Virus record (IMG/VR): IMGVR_UViG_3300028805_003982 | Reading direction: 5' to 3' (one strand) | DNA length: 64,000 nt | Source of the DNA: a virus | Lineage: Duplodnaviria > Caudoviricetes | In this document: piece after piece, positions 9,165-19,586 of the stretch | How the letters are laid out: every line of letters begins with the position of its first letter | Numbering within the stretch: the stretch's first letter is position 1 | Program-made: the position numbers and the translations under genes | Notes under the pieces: generated by a model | Told to the model about the DNA's origin: nothing | Seen by the model: only the letters and a program-made list of their open reading frames with translations | Databases searched by the model: none

Positions 9165-9437
9165 ATGGCTGAGACCGGTTATTTATATATGGCGGAAGTA
9201 ACCAAGTTCGGACCCGGCGGGTTTGAAAAGAGCGGAGAGATCTCGCTTATACCCGACGACGGCTCCTTTAAACCCTTTCATACTGAATTCGGAAGGTTTG
9301 ATGGTAGCGATGACGGATCTGTTGACAGGGCTGCTTTTAAGACTAAGGAAGAGGCTTTGGAGTGGCTGGAAGCGCATCAGGTCTGGCCGTGTGAGATCAC
9401 AGACAATACTTTGGATCAAGAAGGACCTTCTATATAA
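9165..9437 (+). CDS. Hypothetical protein
   Basis: AGGAGG RBS. Confidence 0.65.
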   Translation: MAETGYLYMAEVTKFGPGGFEKSGEISLIPDDGSFKPFHTEFGRFDGSDDGSVDRAAFKTKEEALEWLEAHQVWPCEITDNTLDQEGPSI

Positions 9438-10195
9438 TGATATATATTACAGGAGACACCCATGGCAAGATAGACCTTGAAAGGATAGCTGCGTTTTCTT
9501 CTTCTGCTAACGGCAAAAAGCTCACAAAAGAAGATTACCTTATCGTTTTGGGAGATTTTGGCTGCTGCTGGTTCGGCAAGCCGAGAAAAGGTACAAAGTG
9601 GTATTATGCCCTGGAGGCCGACGGTCTTCTGGATTACGATTCAGATGTCAAGGGTTTTTGGAGAACCAGAAACTGGACAACACTGTTTATTGACGGCAAC
9701 CATGAAAATCACGATCTTCTGGATAAATATCCGATATCTGAATGGCATGGTGGCAAGGTGCATTTCATTGCAGATAACGTGATACATCTCATGCGCGGGC
9801 AGGTTTTTGACATTGAAGGAAAGACTTTCTTTACCATGGGTGGAGCGCAATCTACTGATAAGGAATACCGTAAGCCGGGTAAATCCTGGTGGGCCAGAGA
9901 GATGCCTTCTGATGCAGAATATAAAGAGGCTTTGGCAAACCTCGAAAAGCATGATATGAAGGTAGACTATGTTCTTACGCACTGCTGCCCCGAAAGATAT
10001 ATCAGCACGATGATGAGAGCGGTCTATAACCGGTCTAACAATCAGCTCACCGGATTTTTCGAGCATTTATTGATCGATCTAAACCTGGATTTCGGGCACT
10101 GGTATTTCGGGCATTACCACTGGAATGAGGATAAGGGCCGGTTTCACTTAATGTACCGTAACATCCGACAGATCGATGAAATTAATGAAAAATAA
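9437..10195 (+). CDS. Calcineurin-like metallophosphoesterase
   Basis: GDTHG, LGDFG, DGNHEN, LTHCCP, FGHYH. Confidence 0.92.
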   Translation: MIYITGDTHGKIDLERIAAFSSSANGKKLTKEDYLIVLGDFGCCWFGKPRKGTKWYYALEADGLLDYDSDVKGFWRTRNWTTLFIDGNHENHDLLDKYPISEWHGGKVHFIADNVIHLMRGQVFDIEGKTFFTMGGAQSTDKEYRKPGKSWWAREMPSDAEYKEALANLEKHDMKVDYVLTHCCPERYISTMMRAVYNRSNNQLTGFFEHLLIDLNLDFGHWYFGHYHWNEDKGRFHLMYRNIRQIDEINEK

Positions 10196-10293
10196 ACAAA
10201 TGATAACCCCAAAACGCGGGATATCTGCCTATTTACGGTTTATGCTGTAATAATAAAACCAGAATGATCCAAGAGTTTTTCGGAGGAGTATTC

Positions 10294-10722
10294 ATGAATC
10301 ATAATGTAAAAGCTTTCTTTACGGACAACGGTCGCTGCGTTGGTGTTGCAGACCCTGCCGACACAGAAAAATACGTGAATATGCATCAAATCCTGCGCAA
10401 TTGCTTCGGTAATGTTACAGTCCGGAGTATCGAAGATGTGATAACGGAACCGTCTGATTTTGCAAAACAGCTTGAACAGTTGTGTGAGAGCACCGGCGTA
10501 GGATACGTAGATGACATCGCAGCCCGTGCCGTCGGCGTGTATATTGAAGGCGACTGGAAACATGATCACAGATTCTTTGATGATTGTGTTAAAACGGTTT
10601 TTGGTGTTAATCCCGTAGCTGAAGATATTGTCGGTCACTCGGATTCCGACTGGTACGAATCCGTTCATTATTATCCGGTAGGTCTGGAGCTTACTCTGGA
10701 AATAGATCGTCCCCTGATCTGA
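10294..10722 (+). CDS. Hypothetical protein
   Basis: GGAGGAG RBS; GDWKHDH motif. Confidence 0.7.
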   Translation: MNHNVKAFFTDNGRCVGVADPADTEKYVNMHQILRNCFGNVTVRSIEDVITEPSDFAKQLEQLCESTGVGYVDDIAARAVGVYIEGDWKHDHRFFDDCVKTVFGVNPVAEDIVGHSDSDWYESVHYYPVGLELTLEIDRPLI

Positions 10723-10815
10723 TCTTCTATATTCCGCAAAATGGAAACCCGGACAAAAATTAACAGGTGACAAATTATTTATATTTGTTAAAATTATACA
10801 AACACAAGGCGTGAT

Positions 10816-11108
10816 TTTGGTGTCATTTCAACAAATGAAATTGGTGTCAAATTGGTGTCAAACACCCCGCAAAGGCCCGTATTTAAAGGGCTTTACAAAT
10901 GTTTGAACAAAGTCAACAAATTTGTTCAAAAAATACTTTACAAAATCTTGTGACCCTTATAACTACTGGGTCTGTCGCTACCTAAAAAGACACCATATTT
11001 TTGGTCCGTTTTTTCCTAATGTATCAAATATGCGTTGTTTTTATCAAATTAAGGTGTCTGCCTTGCCCGTTTTGGTGTCAGCAATTTGACACCAATTTGG
11101 TGTCAAAT
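10816..11108. repeat. att-like region with six TTGGTGTCA copies in two clusters and a 24-bp palindrome
   Basis: Direct copies at 10817, 10841, 10852, 11072, 11097; inverted copy at 11087; aaaggccc-N-gggcttt at 10871-10894. Confidence 0.75.
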
Positions 11109-11326
11109 CAAAGAGATTTTTCTGATTTTCGGCTGTCCTATTATAGGTACTGTCTTTTTAGGGGCTTTTGGAAACTCCGCCGAAAACCGAAAACAACTAT
11201 ATGCGTTTCCGGGGATCTTGCCTCAGGTATCGGAGCTTATTATTTAAAATAATATCCTTAACTTTATCGTCGACGGATCAGCTGCTAAAAAAAAATATTT
11301 TTCACAGATTTTGAAAAAAGTTTGCC

Positions 11327-11372
11327 AAACGAGGGTATTACTCCCTGTTTACCAACGGGCATGTGTTAGACT
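11327..11372 (+). promoter_or_regulatory. Conserved box promoter copy 2
   Basis: AAAC-gag-GGTA-tt-AC, 22 bp, TGtTAGACT. Confidence 0.75.
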
Positions 11373-11413
11373 TAGGTCAGGATACAAATACAGAAAGGAC
11401 GGAGAAAATCCAT

Positions 11414-12403
11414 ATGTCGAACTTTAACATTTCGCGTAGGGAGATAACAGAGTATCTGAAGCTGTCTTCTCCCGTATTCGATCTCGCATTTGCTCTTAAC
11501 AAGGGTAATCTCGAAGGCGAATACAAGCAGGATTCAAAGGGTTATTACCACTTTAACCCGAAGGCGATCGACCTGATGGAAGAGTTTTTGGAGGGCTTTG
11601 ATGAGAGAAAGATCACTCTTGATGAAGTATCTTCCGTAATAGGCGCTCCCGCAGATCAGATCTACTACGCATTGTCCGGAGCGGCGCTTGAAAGCCAGTG
11701 TCTTATCACAAACCTGGTTCCTTCATTTAAGAAGTCAGGCAGCTCTTTCGGAACATTCACATTTAAGGGGTGCGATTCAGACGCTCTCTTGAATATCATC
11801 AAGGATCTCCAGAAGAATGAGGATCAGACCTCCGAGGCACCGGAGACATCTGAGACATCAGATCTTCCCGAAGAGATCGGAGATGAAGCACCCGACACAG
11901 CAGAATCCACAAATACTACAGACACTAAAGGAGACAACAACATGAGCGACAACACAGTATTTAACCCCGGCGAACTTTTCGGACTTTCAGAAGTAGCAGC
12001 ACCCGAGCCTGCACCCGCTCCCGTAGAGCAGGCAGCAATGCCCGTAGAAGTAGCGGCACCCGAGCCCACACCTGCACCCGCGCCTACACCCGCGCCTGCT
12101 GAGGCTAAGACGCCCGCAGCTCCCAAGAAGGTCAGGAAGAACAAGTACTCGCTGGATAAGAAGTTCTACACGGAAGCGGCAGATCCCGAGAAGATCGACG
12201 TCAAGGCGGTTCGTAACTTCTTCATCGAAGGCAAGGTGGTCAAGCTCGAAGAGATCGCCGTTATGAGCGACAACGAGATCATCAACCGCTTCGCTAACGA
12301 ATACTACCTCCTCACGACAGAGAAGGGATACGTATTCATCAACAAGGAATGGATCAAGGACAACATCGCCGGAATTACGGACAATGTGTTCCTTGTAAAC
12401 TAA
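11414..12403 (+). CDS. Two-domain hypothetical with acidic and Pro/Ala linker
   Basis: GGAG RBS; PEPAPAP repeats; followed by a terminator. Confidence 0.75.
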   Translation: MSNFNISRREITEYLKLSSPVFDLAFALNKGNLEGEYKQDSKGYYHFNPKAIDLMEEFLEGFDERKITLDEVSSVIGAPADQIYYALSGAALESQCLITNLVPSFKKSGSSFGTFTFKGCDSDALLNIIKDLQKNEDQTSEAPETSETSDLPEEIGDEAPDTAESTNTTDTKGDNNMSDNTVFNPGELFGLSEVAAPEPAPAPVEQAAMPVEVAAPEPTPAPAPTPAPAEAKTPAAPKKVRKNKYSLDKKFYTEAADPEKIDVKAVRNFFIEGKVVKLEEIAVMSDNEIINRFANEYYLLTTEKGYVFINKEWIKDNIAGITDNVFLVN

Positions 12404-12431
12404 GCCATTTTCTCCTCCCTATCCTACGCAA

Positions 12432-12461
12432 GGCCGCGGATCTAACAAATCCGCGGTTTTG
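12432..12461 (+). terminator. Intrinsic terminator
   Basis: ccgcggat-N7-atccgcgg followed by T run. Confidence 0.75.
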
Positions 12462-12541
12462 TTATGTTGTCCGATAGCACAAGAAAACGCTATATGTCCG
12501 TACGGATGGTATAATATAAGCAGTAATTATTTGTGGAGGAT

Positions 12542-13966
12542 ATGTTTGTGAATTCTGACGTTGCCGGCGTTAAAAGTCTGTTTATCTCCCCGAACAAAAT
12601 GAATGCCTTTGTGAAACAAGAGATCCAGGGCATTGCTGAGGAGCGTGATTTTGTTTCTAAAGTGAAAGAATATATTCGAGGGGACTATCATCAGGGCCTT
12701 TTAATAACTGGTATCCGCAGTACAGGAAAGACCGTAGGGGTGCTGCAGGCAATCCCTTCTGATGTCAGTGCATTTTATTTTTCTCCCGTTTACCGTGGGG
12801 TTAATTTGGATTTGGATGCTTTGTGCGACATGTTTTCATCTGCAAAGGCCGATGTATGGGTGTTAGATGAGTATTCTTGGATAAATGATCCGGATCTGAA
12901 ACTGGCCAATTATTTAGCCGGACAGGCAAAGTTAGGTAAAAAGATAATCATAACCGGTACCGATTCCGCAAAAATTCACAGTTTGGTAAACAGTGAATTT
13001 GTTCACAGGGCTATAGAGTTACACACAACGGTATTTACTTATGATGAGTTCAAAAGACTGTATCATTTACCCAATAATCAGGAGACGATGAAAAGATATC
13101 TTTCTGTCGGAGGAATCTTTGAAACTTCTGTGCATGAGAATTTCGGCTCTTTACAGGACTTCATTAAAAATGCAGTCTTAGATAATCTATCCTCTTATTA
13201 TACCGGGTTTGATCCGGTTATGATCAAAGCCTGCGTTTACACCATTTTTTATGATTGTGTATGCAACCTGTTTGGTCGTGAAGGTTCAGAAGTGCCCGTA
13301 TACGGGTATGATACGGAGATATTGTCTTTAAATGAGTATCTGGAGCGAATAGGTATTGATCCGGCCATCACCATAGACAATAGCGTATTAAGTGAAATCG
13401 CGCATAAATTGTCCGAGATAGATATCGTGTTTACAATAAATGACTATAAAAGAAGAGATAACTACCGGTCTTACATAACAAATCCCTGCTTAAGCTACCA
13501 GTTGACTAAAGCCGTTTTCAACCAGGAAGATTTAAGCACCGGATATTTAGGGCGTCTTTATGAAGCCGCCGTTGTTTGCAGTACTTATGTAAAGTATGTT
13601 AAGAGTCCTGCAAATGGGTTTTATGAAACTCATTTTTTGTTCGGGCGTAAGAACCGTGAAAACTATGAGATCGATCTTATTCTTTGTGATCCCTCTTATG
13701 CATATATCATAGAAACTAAAATGAGCCATAATGATGATTTTACCCTGTCAGATAACGCCTCTATTGTCAAAGATATAATTCCCTCAATCTTAGGGGATCT
13801 GGAAATTGGCGGGCGATACGTGATTTATCAGGGCAAAGAAAAAGCCGGCATGGTTAACGGAAAAAACATAATATATACCAATAATTGGGGGATTGATTTT
13901 AAGAAAACAGAAGAGCATCTGGAGCGGTTGAAATCTTTGCCGGAGAATGATGACGGCATCAAATAA
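12542..13966 (+). CDS. P-loop ATPase (AAA_14-like) with C-terminal PD-(D/E)xK-like domain
   Basis: GIRSTGKT, VLDE, ITGTDS; C-terminal EIDLI...IETK. Confidence 0.75.
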   Translation: MFVNSDVAGVKSLFISPNKMNAFVKQEIQGIAEERDFVSKVKEYIRGDYHQGLLITGIRSTGKTVGVLQAIPSDVSAFYFSPVYRGVNLDLDALCDMFSSAKADVWVLDEYSWINDPDLKLANYLAGQAKLGKKIIITGTDSAKIHSLVNSEFVHRAIELHTTVFTYDEFKRLYHLPNNQETMKRYLSVGGIFETSVHENFGSLQDFIKNAVLDNLSSYYTGFDPVMIKACVYTIFYDCVCNLFGREGSEVPVYGYDTEILSLNEYLERIGIDPAITIDNSVLSEIAHKLSEIDIVFTINDYKRRDNYRSYITNPCLSYQLTKAVFNQEDLSTGYLGRLYEAAVVCSTYVKYVKSPANGFYETHFLFGRKNRENYEIDLILCDPSYAYIIETKMSHNDDFTLSDNASIVKDIIPSILGDLEIGGRYVIYQGKEKAGMVNGKNIIYTNNWGIDFKKTEEHLERLKSLPENDDGIK

Positions 13967-14014
13967 AACGCTTGCATATAGTACAAAAAGGTTTTGCCTT
14001 TTTGTGAGTGTTGC

Positions 14015-16159
14015 TCAAAGACTAAAAGGTATGTTACCATTTTTTGAACCGCCAAACCTGTTATGGCTGTTCCAACCGTAGTTCCCCTGCCTGCCGTACC
14101 CGTAAGAATCGCTGCTGTACTGCATGTTATGAACATCAAACAGTTCCTTTATCTCCGGCTTGTTCAAATGACAAGACAGTTCGCCTTCTACAAACTGACC
14201 GTTTATCTGCACTGACGTCGCATATGACACCACCAGGTTCTTTTTGGCTCTTGTTAAAGCAACATACATACACCTTAAATCTTCTCTTGTATCCGGGCAG
14301 TCCTCTTCGCTATACGGGAAAATGCCCATTAAGGGGTCTAAAAGAAATACTGAATGAAATTCCAGCCCCTTAACCGAGTGGATCGTTGAAATGGTCACGA
14401 TATTATCCCCGTCTGTCGTTGCAGGCGTATTAAGGATGAAATCATCCAGCATTTCCACTTTGGATGTATAAGACGCTGCCATTTCTTCCAAAGCGTCCAA
14501 TGACTTGGCTTCTCTTTGCAGCGTGTCTAATGATTCCATTCTCTTTTCATCAGATGTATTTCTCTCGTCTATGACGTTTTTCATTGTTGTAACGTAATAA
14601 CGGCCGAGATAGTTTATCAGATCCTTCGGCTGCATTGTTTCTGATCTTGACAGGGTCTCATACAGTTTAGTCAGGCCGTCAGCGTAAGGCTTTCCCCAAT
14701 AAAACGGCGATACCAATTCTCCGCGGCCTGCGGACATGACTTTCTTATATATCTTCTCAGCGTTGACCGGACCTATACCCGGTACTATATTCAGTATCCT
14801 CATCCAAGCAAGCTCATCGGCCTCCGACAGCTGCGCCCTTACAAGAGACAATACATTTACCACTGCATCGAGTTCAAAGAATCCTTTGCCGCCATACTTG
14901 GCAAACGGTATGTCTGCCTTTCTAAGCTCATTCTCCAAAAAGAATGTCTGACTGCCTCTGCGGGCGACGACAGCCGTTTCTTTATACGGGATACCCGCAT
15001 TTTTCAGGCTCTTTATCTGCCTTACAATGTCCATACTCTCGTCCGACGTCGTTCTGTATATGTTAAGCTTAGGTTTATCGCCGTTTGTAAAGCCCTGCAA
15101 GTCTTTGCGGATGCCTTCTTGCGCATAGCTCATTACGGCGTTGGACACATCAAGTATCTCTTGAGTAGATCTGTAGTTTCTTATGAGCTTGACCGTTTTA
15201 CAGTCAGGGTGTCTCTTATCAAAATCTATGATATTCCTTATCTTCGCGCCTCTGAACATGTAAATGGACTGATTGTCGTCACCTACGATGCACACATTTC
15301 TTACGTCCTTGGACAGGAGTTCCGTGATCGCGTCCTGGATCACGTTCGTATCCTGGTATTCATCGACCATGATATATCTGAACAGCTGATCCAAACCGCT
15401 CCTTACCCCTTCATCTGTTGACAGGAGATGATAAAAAGCGCCCAACAGGTCATCATAATCCATCATCTTATGCTCATACTTATAAGTGCTATACTGCTTG
15501 ATGATATTTATGGCATCCGGTATGAACTTGGGGTCAAGCGGTTTGTTTGTGTCCTGAGTTGCGTCAAAATAAGCCTCTACGACGTCGTCTAAGGGCTGGA
15601 GGTCGTTTATCATGATACTGTTCATTTCGAGAAGCTGGCTTGCCGTAGGGAACGTTTTTAACGATATTTCTTTTAACTTTTTCTTTATCTCTTTATCCGT
15701 CAGACCTCTGTTCATATATCTCTGCATAGCCTCATCTTTGAGAGCCTTCACATAATCTTCTCTGACCGGGTTTCTCTTTAAGGTCATAGCCTGTTCGGAG
15801 TCAGATGAGTTAAGGATCTGGAAATCTGCCGGAAAGCCGATCTTTGCAGCATACGTTCTCAGCAGTGTGGCACACAAAGAATGGAATGTTGTTGCCGTTA
15901 TCTTTGTTCCTTCGGGACCTATAAATGCACAGACCCTATCCCGCATTTCCTTTGCGGCCTTCTTGGTGAAAGTTATCAGAAGGATGTTCTCAGGCCTGAT
16001 CCCGCAGCCCATAAGATATGCTGTCCTTGAGACGAGCGTCTTTGTTTTGCCGGTACCGGCGCCGGCGATTATCCTGACAAAACCGTCAACCGTTGTTGCA
16101 GCGTCTCTTTGCTCAGGATTAAGGTCGTTGATATAATCAGCTGTCATTTCAGTCTCCAT
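14015..16159 (-). CDS. UvrD/PcrA-family SF1A DNA helicase
   Basis: AGAGTGKT, VDEYQD, GDDNQSIY, STIHSVKGLEF, YVALTRAK. Confidence 0.95.
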   Translation of the reverse strand: METEMTADYINDLNPEQRDAATTVDGFVRIIAGAGTGKTKTLVSRTAYLMGCGIRPENILLITFTKKAAKEMRDRVCAFIGPEGTKITATTFHSLCATLLRTYAAKIGFPADFQILNSSDSEQAMTLKRNPVREDYVKALKDEAMQRYMNRGLTDKEIKKKLKEISLKTFPTASQLLEMNSIMINDLQPLDDVVEAYFDATQDTNKPLDPKFIPDAINIIKQYSTYKYEHKMMDYDDLLGAFYHLLSTDEGVRSGLDQLFRYIMVDEYQDTNVIQDAITELLSKDVRNVCIVGDDNQSIYMFRGAKIRNIIDFDKRHPDCKTVKLIRNYRSTQEILDVSNAVMSYAQEGIRKDLQGFTNGDKPKLNIYRTTSDESMDIVRQIKSLKNAGIPYKETAVVARRGSQTFFLENELRKADIPFAKYGGKGFFELDAVVNVLSLVRAQLSEADELAWMRILNIVPGIGPVNAEKIYKKVMSAGRGELVSPFYWGKPYADGLTKLYETLSRSETMQPKDLINYLGRYYVTTMKNVIDERNTSDEKRMESLDTLQREAKSLDALEEMAASYTSKVEMLDDFILNTPATTDGDNIVTISTIHSVKGLEFHSVFLLDPLMGIFPYSEEDCPDTREDLRCMYVALTRAKKNLVVSYATSVQINGQFVEGELSCHLNKPEIKELFDVHNMQYSSDSYGYGRQGNYGWNSHNRFGGSKNGNIPFSL

Positions 16160-16220
16160 AAATAAGAAATTACCTTTTAAGTATGACGTGGGGCTTTTGT
16201 TTTAGATCAGTGTTTACGGT

Positions 16221-16273
16221 GACCAAATAAGACCGAATAAAGACCAAATAATGACTAAATAAGACCAAAATAA
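16221..16273. repeat. Five tandem GACCAAATAA-like units upstream of the helicase
   Basis: gaccaaataa gaccgaataaa gaccaaataat gactaaataa gaccaaaataa. Confidence 0.85.
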
Positions 16274-16548
16274 TCAGAGGATAAAAGGCATATTGTGATC
16301 ACGGCAAAAACGTAAAAATGTATTTGTTAAAATGCTGAAAATAATAGTGATCTTTGGCGCGTTTTTATACACAGTTTTTTAAGTAAAAAATACAATTTCT
16401 CAAAAGCGATGTCATATTAATAGTAGAGATGGTAATCCCACAGGTTTTACACTAACAAGGGTTCTTTCAAACAGGTTGAAAAGCCTAATGTTTAATACGC
16501 TTTCGGGACTTGGAAAGGGGCTGAAAAAATTAATTAAAAAAGTTCCCG

Positions 16549-16594
16549 AAACTGCGGTATAACACACGGTTTAACATGTGGCGTATGCTATACT
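16549..16594 (+). promoter_or_regulatory. Conserved box promoter copy 3
   Basis: AAAC-tgc-GGTA-ta-AC, 22 bp, TGcTATACT. Confidence 0.7.
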
Positions 16595-16627
16595 TCAATT
16601 ACATTAAAAGAAAGGATTTTTCCAAAC

Positions 16628-16984
16628 ATGAAGACTTTTACTTTAACACTTTTGGCGCTTGTTTCGATCGCGTCTTCCGTTCTCATCGGAGCTGATCTCG
16701 GAACCCAGGACAACACTGCTTCCAAGCCCGTTGTTTGTCAGGTAACTGACACGGCGTGTCTCACCTCATGCGGGGACATTCTCGTTCAGGATGGAAGTGC
16801 AAATTACAGACATAAGATCTTGTCTGTAGAGAAGGTGAATATCGGTGCCGCAGCAGACTACGTTAAGTTTGAGTGCGCTGATGATTTCGTCCTTTTCGTA
16901 GGTGAGGAGACTACCGTTTCACTTGACGGATCAAATGTCTGCGTTGACCTTGCAGAGGTAGACCGCGGAATAATCAGTAAGTGA
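16628..16984 (+). CDS. Putative secreted protein
   Basis: N-terminal signal peptide. Confidence 0.7.
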   Translation: MKTFTLTLLALVSIASSVLIGADLGTQDNTASKPVVCQVTDTACLTSCGDILVQDGSANYRHKILSVEKVNIGAAADYVKFECADDFVLFVGEETTVSLDGSNVCVDLAEVDRGIISK

Positions 16985-17048
16985 TTTTGATCTTTAGTAA
17001 GTAACAACAAAGCTGTACTATCGGCTATACGGGTAGAAAGGATAAAAG

Positions 17049-17456
17049 ATGAAAGAGAACGCCAACTCTGATCCGGGGCAGATGAAAATGACGAAGAAAG
17101 AGATTATTGAACAATTAGAGTGGGTAAAGAAAAGAATAAGTACTATTACTTATTCACCCGAATCCTTTGAAGCTCTTAACCTTGCCGAGAAAGCAGTGTC
17201 TGCATTGGAAAATCAAGCTTCAGTCGACACCTTCATCAATGAGTTCAGAGAGCGTTTGAAGAGGTACGGACAAAGTCACGGTAACAATCGAACTTTAGAA
17301 GACGTGTTCCAGATACTAAATGCGACCAAACAGTCTTACGAAAAAGGTGAGCTGTCTCCTAAGCCTCAGCACAATCCCTGCAACGATATGGCAGATATCA
17401 TGGCAGATCCTGAACTCTACAAGCATTGGTTGGAAATTACCGGGAGGTCATTATAA
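17049..17456 (+). CDS. Hypothetical protein
   Basis: AAGGA RBS. Confidence 0.65.
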   Translation: MKENANSDPGQMKMTKKEIIEQLEWVKKRISTITYSPESFEALNLAEKAVSALENQASVDTFINEFRERLKRYGQSHGNNRTLEDVFQILNATKQSYEKGELSPKPQHNPCNDMADIMADPELYKHWLEITGRSL

Positions 17457-17526
17457 GTAACTCCGGAAGTGGTAACGAAATTGCTCGAATGCGAGCAACC
17501 TGATTTGTGAAAGAGAGGTATTTGAT

Positions 17527-17751
17527 GTGGCAGTTTACGTTTTAAGAGACAGAGACAGCAAGGCATGTGACATCACGGCTATCCTTTTCACCGGGAAGAG
17601 CGCTGATGACATAGACAAGGTTGTTTGTGACGTTAAGAACATGCATCCGGATGATTACACTTTTGACGATGTTAAGAGTGAACTCCAGAAGATGGACCCG
17701 ACCATCCGCATCCTGGAGGCATCATCGGATTACAAGGAGATCTACTGGTAG
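17527..17751 (+). CDS. Hypothetical protein
   Basis: GAGGT RBS, GTG start. Confidence 0.6.
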   Translation: MAVYVLRDRDSKACDITAILFTGKSADDIDKVVCDVKNMHPDDYTFDDVKSELQKMDPTIRILEASSDYKEIYW

Positions 17752-17942
17752 CCCCTGACACCAGGGCTATATCGGGCTCATTAACAGCAGGAGGGAAATA
17801 TGGATAACGAAGTAATGACAGCAGACATCGAGATCGTTTCTCGTTCGGTAATATCAGACAAGGACGCTATGGCTTTTCTTTTGTCAGAGAGCCTTTGCGG
17901 AGATATGGAAGCAGAGCCTTTTGGCTGATCGGAGGTTTAGAT

Positions 17943-18188
17943 ATGGGGGATATTAAGGTATATTACATTGACTTTTACAGGATGATCTGCGACCTGATCC
18001 CCTTGAGGTCTGTTAAGATCACCGCGTCTTCGAAGGAGGACGCTCACCGGAAGGCTGAAAAGCTTGCTTTAGCCTGGGGTTATAACCCCGAGAAAATGGT
18101 GATACAAAGCACCGATACCCCGGTAAGTTATTATGATTCCAGACCCCGCATTCGTGAAGGAGACATAGAGTTTATATCCGGCAGTTAA
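17943..18188 (+). CDS. Hypothetical protein
   Basis: GGAGG RBS. Confidence 0.6.
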   Translation: MGDIKVYYIDFYRMICDLIPLRSVKITASSKEDAHRKAEKLALAWGYNPEKMVIQSTDTPVSYYDSRPRIREGDIEFISGS

Positions 18189-18209
18189 ATGTGAAATAAA
18201 AAAAGCCTG

Positions 18210-18255
18210 AAACGGCGGTATAACGGGACTTAGCGGAAGCCCCGTGTGTTATAAT
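18210..18255 (+). promoter_or_regulatory. Conserved box promoter copy 4
   Basis: AAAC-ggc-GGTA-ta-AC, 22 bp, TGtTATAAT, then gtaggataacaaca leader. Confidence 0.8.
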
Positions 18256-18306
18256 ATACTCGTAGGATAACAACATAAAACTACTGTTTTTGAGAGGAGC
18301 TTTCTT

Positions 18307-18951
18307 ATGAGTAATGTCAAGGTCATCGAGAAGATCAAGAAACTGTTTGAACTGTCCAAGAACAACCCGTCTGAGGAAGAGGCTCGCAGTGCTGCGTTGA
18401 AAGCCCAGGAGCTTCTTGTTCAGCATAATATAGACATCGCTGAGGTTGAAGATTGCAGCCTGGATAAGATCGAGAAGATCGGAGGGGTCGAGGTTGATCT
18501 GGAAGCAAAGAAGTGGAAGTATGAACTGGCTATCATCGTTTCAAAGAATTCCCGCTGCAAGCATTTCTATCACGGCAAGGATCAGCTCGTTTTCTACGGA
18601 CACGAGACAGATGCGACCGTAGCAGCAGAGACCTTTAAGTACCTCTTTAATGCCGGTAACAGGCTCGGCAACAAACTTGCCCGCGAAGCCCGTAAGGAAT
18701 ACGGATATGCAGATAATGTATATAACTCCTGCGTTGTCGGATTCTGTCAGGGCATAAGACAGGCTCTTGCAGAACAGAGCAGCGCTCTTATGGTAGTTGT
18801 ACCTGAAGATGTTAAGGATGGATTTGAGGATCTTTCCAAGAATTTCAAGAATATGCGTCTGAGCTGTGTTAAGGCTTATCACAGGGGTGCTTTTGAGGCA
18901 GGTAAGCAGCAGGGTTATGACGCTATGAGACGTAACCGGATATGCGCATAA
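18307..18951 (+). CDS. DUF2786-domain protein
   Basis: IEKIKKLFELS.NNPSEEEA.SAALKAQELL..HNI; FYG. Confidence 0.85.
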   Translation: MSNVKVIEKIKKLFELSKNNPSEEEARSAALKAQELLVQHNIDIAEVEDCSLDKIEKIGGVEVDLEAKKWKYELAIIVSKNSRCKHFYHGKDQLVFYGHETDATVAAETFKYLFNAGNRLGNKLAREARKEYGYADNVYNSCVVGFCQGIRQALAEQSSALMVVVPEDVKDGFEDLSKNFKNMRLSCVKAYHRGAFEAGKQQGYDAMRRNRICA

Positions 18952-18966
18952 AGGAGACTAAATAAT

Positions 18967-19545
18967 ATGGCTAACATCTGCGAATTTGAACTTACTGTCA
19001 ACGGTCTTGAAGAAGATGTTCTTCGCGTTGTAAATATACTTGAAGGCGAAGATCCCGAATACCGCGTATCTCGTGCCTCTGTTATCGACAGTTTTGAATC
19101 GGATGACGGGTTTATTGTGTACGGCGAGTGTGATTGGTCTGTACACAGCAGTATGATGACGGAGAACAACCATATCTGTGATGACGGAAAGAGGTTTATC
19201 ACGCTGGATAAGATGGCTGTTATGTTTAATGTCTCGTTTTTGGTCGACTCCAGAGAGCCCGGTTTGTGCTTTTCCGAATGCGGTGTCATTAATAAAGATG
19301 ACACAAGGATCGAATGTCTTTGTTACAGAGACTATGTTAGGGACTTCGAAGATGATTATGATCCTTCCCGGGGAAGTTTTTATGATTATGTCATCGGAGA
19401 GTTTCTGAAGTTTTTCAAGAAGCATTCGGAGGATTACGATACAAAGCAGTGTTTGACAAAAGAAGACATCGAGGTGTTGTGCGATGACGATGATCACATA
19501 ACCCTTCGTGTTAAGCCTTCTATCACGCCGGAGGTGGGTTTATGA
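18967..19545 (+). CDS. Hypothetical, possible YubB-like ferredoxin fold
   Basis: MAN.C...L.V.G, C.WS, EPG..F. Confidence 0.55.
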   Translation: MANICEFELTVNGLEEDVLRVVNILEGEDPEYRVSRASVIDSFESDDGFIVYGECDWSVHSSMMTENNHICDDGKRFITLDKMAVMFNVSFLVDSREPGLCFSECGVINKDDTRIECLCYRDYVRDFEDDYDPSRGSFYDYVIGEFLKFFKKHSEDYDTKQCLTKEDIEVLCDDDDHITLRVKPSITPEVGL

Positions 19546-19586
19546 AAGCAGCTCCCCCGTGACATGTCCAAAGTAACAACTAAAGC
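19542..19586 (+). pseudogene. Internally deleted remnant of the 19958..20380 gene
   Basis: atgaaagcagc (its start) fused to ctcccccgtgacatgtccaaagtaa (its end, compare 20333-20357). Confidence 0.7.

Noticed and set aside
10212-10255. Seventh copy of the promoter box
   Set aside because: GGAT instead of GGTA, no AC, and the spacing to the -10 differs
11180-11200. NrdR-box-like aacaactatatgcg
   Set aside because: Single imperfect copy with no nucleotide reductase gene nearby
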